DNA of 64,000 nucleotides from a bacterium (GTDB lineage Bacteria; Cyanobacteriota; Vampirovibrionia; Gastranaerophilales; JAILCC01): NCBI GenBank assembly GCA_024680555.1, contig JAILCC010000003.1, positions 4,052 to 68,051 of the forward strand, read 5' to 3'. Shown piece by piece: positions 60,096 to 64,000 of this stretch (position 1 is its first letter; each line of letters starts with the position of its first letter). The notes under the pieces were generated by a model. It saw only the letters and a program-made list of their open reading frames with translations, ran no database searches and was not told where the DNA came from. The position numbers and the translations under genes were made by a program.

Positions 60096-61096
60096 TGGGT
60101 TACTTCCCATCTTCCGCAAGTTCCGCCCCAACGTGCGATAATGTCACCCTTGATATCTTTAATCGGGCATCCTTGAGGGTTAGTGTTTTCGCCCTGAATA
60201 ATGGTAACAACTTCGCAGTTGTTTGAGCATCCATTACATGTGCTTGTTATTGCCGTAAATTGAAGTTCGCCTACTTCCCATCCTTTGAACAGGGTTTTGT
60301 TTTCGGTGTATTGGTGATTTTCCATAGCGAGCAATGCAGCACCAATTGCACCCATTGTTTGGTGATTTTCGGGAACTACGATTTCTGTCTGTAATGCTTC
60401 ACCAAATGCCTTAACCATACCGATATTTGTAGCTACACCACCTTGGAACACAACTTTTGGCAGGAGTTCTTTACCCAGAGCGAGGTTGCTGAGGTAGTTT
60501 CTTACAAGTGCCTGACAAAGACCGTACAAAAGGTCTTCTATAGGATAACCTAATTGTTGTTTGTGAATAAGGTCGCTTTCTGCAAATACGCCGCATCTTC
60601 CGGCAATTCTTGCTGGGTTTGTTGATTTTAGTGCTGTCGGACCAAAATCTTGGATAGGTACGTTCATACGGGTTGCTTGTTGGTCTAAGAAGCTTCCTGT
60701 ACCTGCTGCGCAAACGGTATTCATAGCAAAATCAGTTACGATACCGTCACGGAGAATTATGATTTTACTGTCTTGTCCGCCGATTTCAAGAATGGTTTGA
60801 ACGCCCTCAATATACGTGCTTGCTGCTACTGCGTGTGCCGTAATTTCGTTTTTTATAACATCGGCACCGACAAGAGCGCCTGCAAGATTTCTTCCGCTGC
60901 CTGTAGTACCGACACCGAGAACATTGTAATCATCTTTCTTTTGTTCCATTAGTTTCCTCATACCTGCTTGAACTGCGACAACAGGTTTACCTGCGGTTCT
61001 GAGCATTGTAGAGTCAATATATTTACCTTTTTCATCTACAAGTGCTAATTTTGTCGTTACTGAGCCAACATCTATTCCTAAATAAGCATTTTGCAT
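60092..61096 (-). CDS. BadF/BadG/BcrA/BcrD-type ATPase (2-hydroxyacyl-CoA dehydratase activase-like), stand-alone
   Basis: ASKHA motifs YLGIDVGSVTTKLALV, GVGTTGSGR, ILEIGGQDSKII and NTVCAAGTGSFLD. The C-terminal extension has Cys residues (TSTCNGCSNNCEV...GCP...GGTCGRW). Confidence 0.8.
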   Translation of the reverse strand: MQNAYLGIDVGSVTTKLALVDEKGKYIDSTMLRTAGKPVVAVQAGMRKLMEQKKDDYNVLGVGTTGSGRNLAGALVGADVIKNEITAHAVAASTYIEGVQTILEIGGQDSKIIILRDGIVTDFAMNTVCAAGTGSFLDQQATRMNVPIQDFGPTALKSTNPARIAGRCGVFAESDLIHKQQLGYPIEDLLYGLCQALVRNYLSNLALGKELLPKVVFQGGVATNIGMVKAFGEALQTEIVVPENHQTMGAIGAALLAMENHQYTENKTLFKGWEVGELQFTAITSTCNGCSNNCEVVTIIQGENTNPQGCPIKDIKGDIIARWGGTCGRWEVTH

Positions 61097-61114
61097 TTTA
61101 TAAAACCTTTCTTT

Positions 61115-62539
61115 CTATTTAGCTTGTTCCAGTGCGTACGCAAAGTTCAAAAGTTTTTGTTCTTCAAGTACATTTGTAATCAACTGAACGCCCACCGGCA
61201 TATTTTCCTTGTCAACGCCGTAAGGCAGACTTAATGCAGGTACACCTGCAAGGTTAGCGGTGATTGTTGCAATGTCGGTAAGGTACATACTCAACGGATC
61301 TGCCGTTTTGGAATTGATATCAAAAGCGGTTGTAGGACAAGTTGGTGAAAGAAGAACATCAACTTTTGCAAATGCATTATCATAATCTTGTTTTATCAAT
61401 GCTCTTACCTGCTGCGCTTTTTTGTAATATGCGTCATAGTAGCCTGAACTTAGTACATAAGTTCCGAGCATAATACGACGTTTTACTTCATCACCAAAAG
61501 CTTCAGAACGTGATTTTGTGAACATTTCAATCAGATTTTCACAATCTTTTGCTCTGTATGTATATCTTACGCCGTCATATCTTGCAAGATTTGAACTTGC
61601 TTCAGCGGTTGCAACGATATAATATGTCGCAATTGCATATTTGACGTGGGGAAGTGAAACTTCAATTATTTCCGCACCCAAATCTTTGTACTTTTGAATT
61701 GCTTTTTCTACGTTTTCTCTTACTTCTTCCTGTACGCCCTCTCCCAGAAGTTCTTTTATAACACCAATTTTCATTCCTTTGACGTCTTGGTTAAGTTCTT
61801 TTGCATAATGCGGAACAGGGGTATTGATACTTGTTGAATCGTTTGTGTCATAGCCGCTTATTGCTTCCAATAAAAGTGCAGTATCCTCTACGCAATTAGC
61901 GAATGGACCTATTTGGTCAAGGCTGCTTGCAAAAGCGATAAGACCGTATCTTGAAACCCTGCCGTAAGTTGGTTTCATCCCTATAATACCGCAAAAAGCA
62001 CCCGGAAGTCTTATACTTCCGCCGGTATCCGAGCCGAGCGATAACAACGCTTCACAACCGGCAACGCTTGCCGCCGAGCCGCCCGAACTTCCGCCAGGAA
62101 CTTTATTTAGGTTTATTGGGTTTCTCGTAACCTTGAATGCGCTGTTTTCAGTAGAACTGCCCATGGCAAATTCATCAAGGTTTGCTTTGCCCAAAATAGG
62201 AATTAAGTTCTCGTTTAATTTTTCGGTAACAGTTGCGTTATAAGGTGATACAAAGTTTTCAAGCATTTTGCTTGATGCGGTTGTCAATGTATCTTTAACG
62301 CAAATGTTATCTTTTATTATAAGGGGAACGCCTGCTAATGCCGGAAGTTCTTCTCCTCTTGCGATTTTTTCATCAACGGTTTTAGCCGTTGCGTATGCCA
62401 AATCTTTTGTCAAAGAATTGAGTGCCTGAATATCAGGTTCAATTTCATCTATCCTTTTATAATATGCGTCCAAGATTTCTTTGGCGCTTACTTGTTTCGT
62501 TTCCAAAGCTCTCTTTGCTTCTATAGCAGTTTTAAACAT
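61115..62539 (-). CDS. gatA: Glutamyl-tRNA(Gln) amidotransferase subunit A
   Basis: Amidase signature GGSSGGSAASVA...GSDTGGSIRLPGAFCG, and the GatA-type N-terminus (KQVSAKEILDAYYKRIDE). Confidence 0.95.
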   Translation of the reverse strand: MFKTAIEAKRALETKQVSAKEILDAYYKRIDEIEPDIQALNSLTKDLAYATAKTVDEKIARGEELPALAGVPLIIKDNICVKDTLTTASSKMLENFVSPYNATVTEKLNENLIPILGKANLDEFAMGSSTENSAFKVTRNPINLNKVPGGSSGGSAASVAGCEALLSLGSDTGGSIRLPGAFCGIIGMKPTYGRVSRYGLIAFASSLDQIGPFANCVEDTALLLEAISGYDTNDSTSINTPVPHYAKELNQDVKGMKIGVIKELLGEGVQEEVRENVEKAIQKYKDLGAEIIEVSLPHVKYAIATYYIVATAEASSNLARYDGVRYTYRAKDCENLIEMFTKSRSEAFGDEVKRRIMLGTYVLSSGYYDAYYKKAQQVRALIKQDYDNAFAKVDVLLSPTCPTTAFDINSKTADPLSMYLTDIATITANLAGVPALSLPYGVDKENMPVGVQLITNVLEEQKLLNFAYALEQAK

Positions 62540-62674
62540 AAATTTCCGCCCTCATAACTATCTATAAAAACATTTTATAATAAACAAAATAAATGGTAAA
62601 ATATTAAATATTTAACAAAACTTTTCGTGCATGCTATAATCGTACCGAGAGAGAATTTAGGAACAGTTTTTATT

Positions 62675-63448
62675 ATGTCGGATTTGGCATCGCCGGAAGT
62701 TTTAGAGCTGGTAAACCAGTATATTGAGTGCAGCAATGATAAAAAAAAGGAGCTTTTAAAGCAAAAGATTGCCGCTGCGTGTTTGCCTGCGGTAAAAAAA
62801 ATTGCGAGAAGCCTTGCACGTCGTAATACAGACCCTATCGAAGATTTAATTCAAGTCGGATGCGTAGGGCTTTTGAAAGCGATAGAGCATTATTCTCTCT
62901 CTCACAAGGCTGCATTTAAAACCTACGCAAATTATTATATAACAGGTGAAATCAGGCACTATTTGCGCGATAAGGTTTCAATGGTGCGTGCGCCAAGAGA
63001 GCTTCAGGAATTGGCTTTCAGAATAAATCAAATTATTGAACAGTTGACTAAAGAACTTAATCGTGCGCCTACAGAGGTTGAAATCTCCGAAAGATTGTCG
63101 CTTCCTGTTTCAAAAGTTAACGAAGTTGTTCAGGTTGAAAGAAGAAAAAATCATGTTTCTTTGGACAATAATTTGACTTTCTTTAATACCGAATCATCGC
63201 TTTCTGATTTTCTTGTAGATGACAAATATCAAGAAAGCCTTACTCAAAAAGAGGAAAAGGTTATGCTATTAGATGCAATTGATATGCTTGATCCAAAGTC
63301 CAGAGATGTAATAAAAATGAGCTTCTTTCAAGATATGAATCAAAAACAAATTTCCGAGGAAATCGGGGTTTCTCAAATGCAAGTAAGCAGAATTATAAAA
63401 AAAGCGCTGAATGAGCTTGCGGCGATTTTGACAAAACAATGGGGTTAA
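62675..63448 (+). CDS. RNA polymerase sigma factor, SigB/SigF/SigG-type (group 3 sigma-70)
   Basis: Region 2 DLIQVGCVGLLKAIEHY...YANYYITGEIRHYLRD, the VRAPRELQEL linker motif, and region 4 QKQISEEIGVSQMQVSRIIKKAL. The start is set at ATG 62675; the track uses GTG 62627. Confidence 0.85.
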   Translation: MSDLASPEVLELVNQYIECSNDKKKELLKQKIAAACLPAVKKIARSLARRNTDPIEDLIQVGCVGLLKAIEHYSLSHKAAFKTYANYYITGEIRHYLRDKVSMVRAPRELQELAFRINQIIEQLTKELNRAPTEVEISERLSLPVSKVNEVVQVERRKNHVSLDNNLTFFNTESSLSDFLVDDKYQESLTQKEEKVMLLDAIDMLDPKSRDVIKMSFFQDMNQKQISEEIGVSQMQVSRIIKKALNELAAILTKQWG

Positions 63449-63449
63449 T

Positions 63450-64000
63450 ATGTTTGAATCTTTTTTGTATGCATATTCGGATAATATTCTTTTATTGCTT
63501 TATGTGTGGATTTTGGTTTTTGTTTTCGGACTTGTTGTAGGCAGTTTCTTAAATGTTGTCGGTCTGAGGCTATTGTCCGGTGAAAGTATAGTTTTTCCGC
63601 CGTCAAAATGCCCAAATTGTAATACAAAATTGAAATGGTATGACAATATTCCGGTGCTTGCATATATACTCTTGCTGGGTAAATGCCGCTATTGTCATAA
63701 GCCAATCAGTATTCAGTATCCGATTGTCGAAGCAATAACCGGAATTTCATTTTTGTTTATTTTTGCATGGTTTGGCTTCTCTTTAATAACTCCGATGTTG
63801 TGGATATTAGTCGGAGCATGCATAGTTATGTGCATTACCGATTTTAAAGAGCAGGTTATATTTGATTGGGTTTCTTTGCCGATGATTCCGCTCGGGTTAA
63901 TTTTTTCATTCTTTAATATAGGTGGCATTGAAAATGAGCCGATAAAAGTTTTTGGATTTTCAATTGCAGGAACATTTGTTTCTGCCATAATTGGCATTGC
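63450..64000 (+). CDS. pilD: Prepilin peptidase (A24 family, PilD-like), N-terminal part; continues beyond the window
   Basis: Not in the ORF track because there is no stop inside the window. My translation from ATG 63450 is stop-free: MFESFLYAY...GLVVGSFLNVVGLRL...KCPNCNTKLKWYDNIPVLAYILLLGKCRYCHKPISIQYPIVEAITG...ITDFKEQVIFD. It shows the zinc-binding CxxC..CxxC box and the TM pattern of prepilin peptidases. Confidence 0.85.
   Translation, partial: MFESFLYAYSDNILLLLYVWILVFVFGLVVGSFLNVVGLRLLSGESIVFPPSKCPNCNTKLKWYDNIPVLAYILLLGKCRYCHKPISIQYPIVEAITGISFLFIFAWFGFSLITPMLWILVGACIVMCITDFKEQVIFDWVSLPMIPLGLIFSFFNIGGIENEPIKVFGFSIAGTFVSAIIGI

Noticed and set aside
63445-63997. Two minus-strand ORFs in the track (63445-63705 and 63713-63997)
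   Set aside because: They are antisense to a stop-free plus-strand frame with clear prepilin-peptidase motifs. Their own translations are low-information and lack motifs.

Overview
AT-rich bacterial chromosomal segment, mostly housekeeping. The gene content is diderm-type: kdsB, a BamB-like lipoprotein, a TonB-C-like protein and a prepilin peptidase. Synteny includes rpsF-ssb-rpsR, rplS-rbgA-rnhB and a SigB/SigF-type sigma factor. My guess is an uncultured low-GC diderm lineage such as Melainabacteria, but this cannot be established without a database search. Recognisable blocks are: gdh (partial), tRNA-Pro, tsaE-tsaB, surE, a UmuC-like Y-family polymerase, dprA-topA, pckA, the minus-strand xer/BamB-like/kdsB operon, murC-murB-ddl-ftsQ, and an eight-gene translationally coupled pyrimidine operon (pyrK-pyrD-pyrE-pyrB-pyrC-pyrF-carA-carB). 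Further blocks are pth/rpsR/ssb/rpsF, an Slt-type transglycosylase, hup, a BlaI-type repressor, tRNA-Cys, nnrD, a lipoate ligase-like gene, PPi-PFK, rnhB-rbgA-rplS, a BadF/HgdC-type activase, gatA, and a sigma factor followed by a prepilin peptidase that runs off the window and is missing from the ORF track. The outstanding accessory locus is 11212-23151. It holds a 2917-aa mosaic giant protein with no Sec signal, followed at 26- and 12-nt spacing by two paralogous AAA ATPases. The giant protein contains a coiled coil with 11 x 63-bp repeats, MORN/YD-like hairpin repeats, a Gly/Ala-rich hydrophobic segment, TonB-like and TolA-like spacer repeats, and a C-terminal module that looks HopA1/phosphothreonine-lyase-like. 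The two ATPases are classic-clade, have ankyrin-like N-domains and show an atypical pore-loop region. The locus is preceded by a 755-nt ORF-free region with a GC-richer 134-bp tandem repeat and closed by a strong bidirectional terminator. I consider this the best candidate for an undescribed system (effector or envelope-spanning protein plus dedicated remodelling ATPases). Secondary observations are: a short N-terminal F-G motif shared by most lineage-specific ORFs, a secreted Cys-rich triple-repeat protein, two orphan HExxH proteins, tRNA-Pro flanked by partial self-copies, two intergenic tandem repeats, and a long non-coding stretch after tRNA-Cys. All functional calls rest on motif recognition by eye. 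No searches were run.
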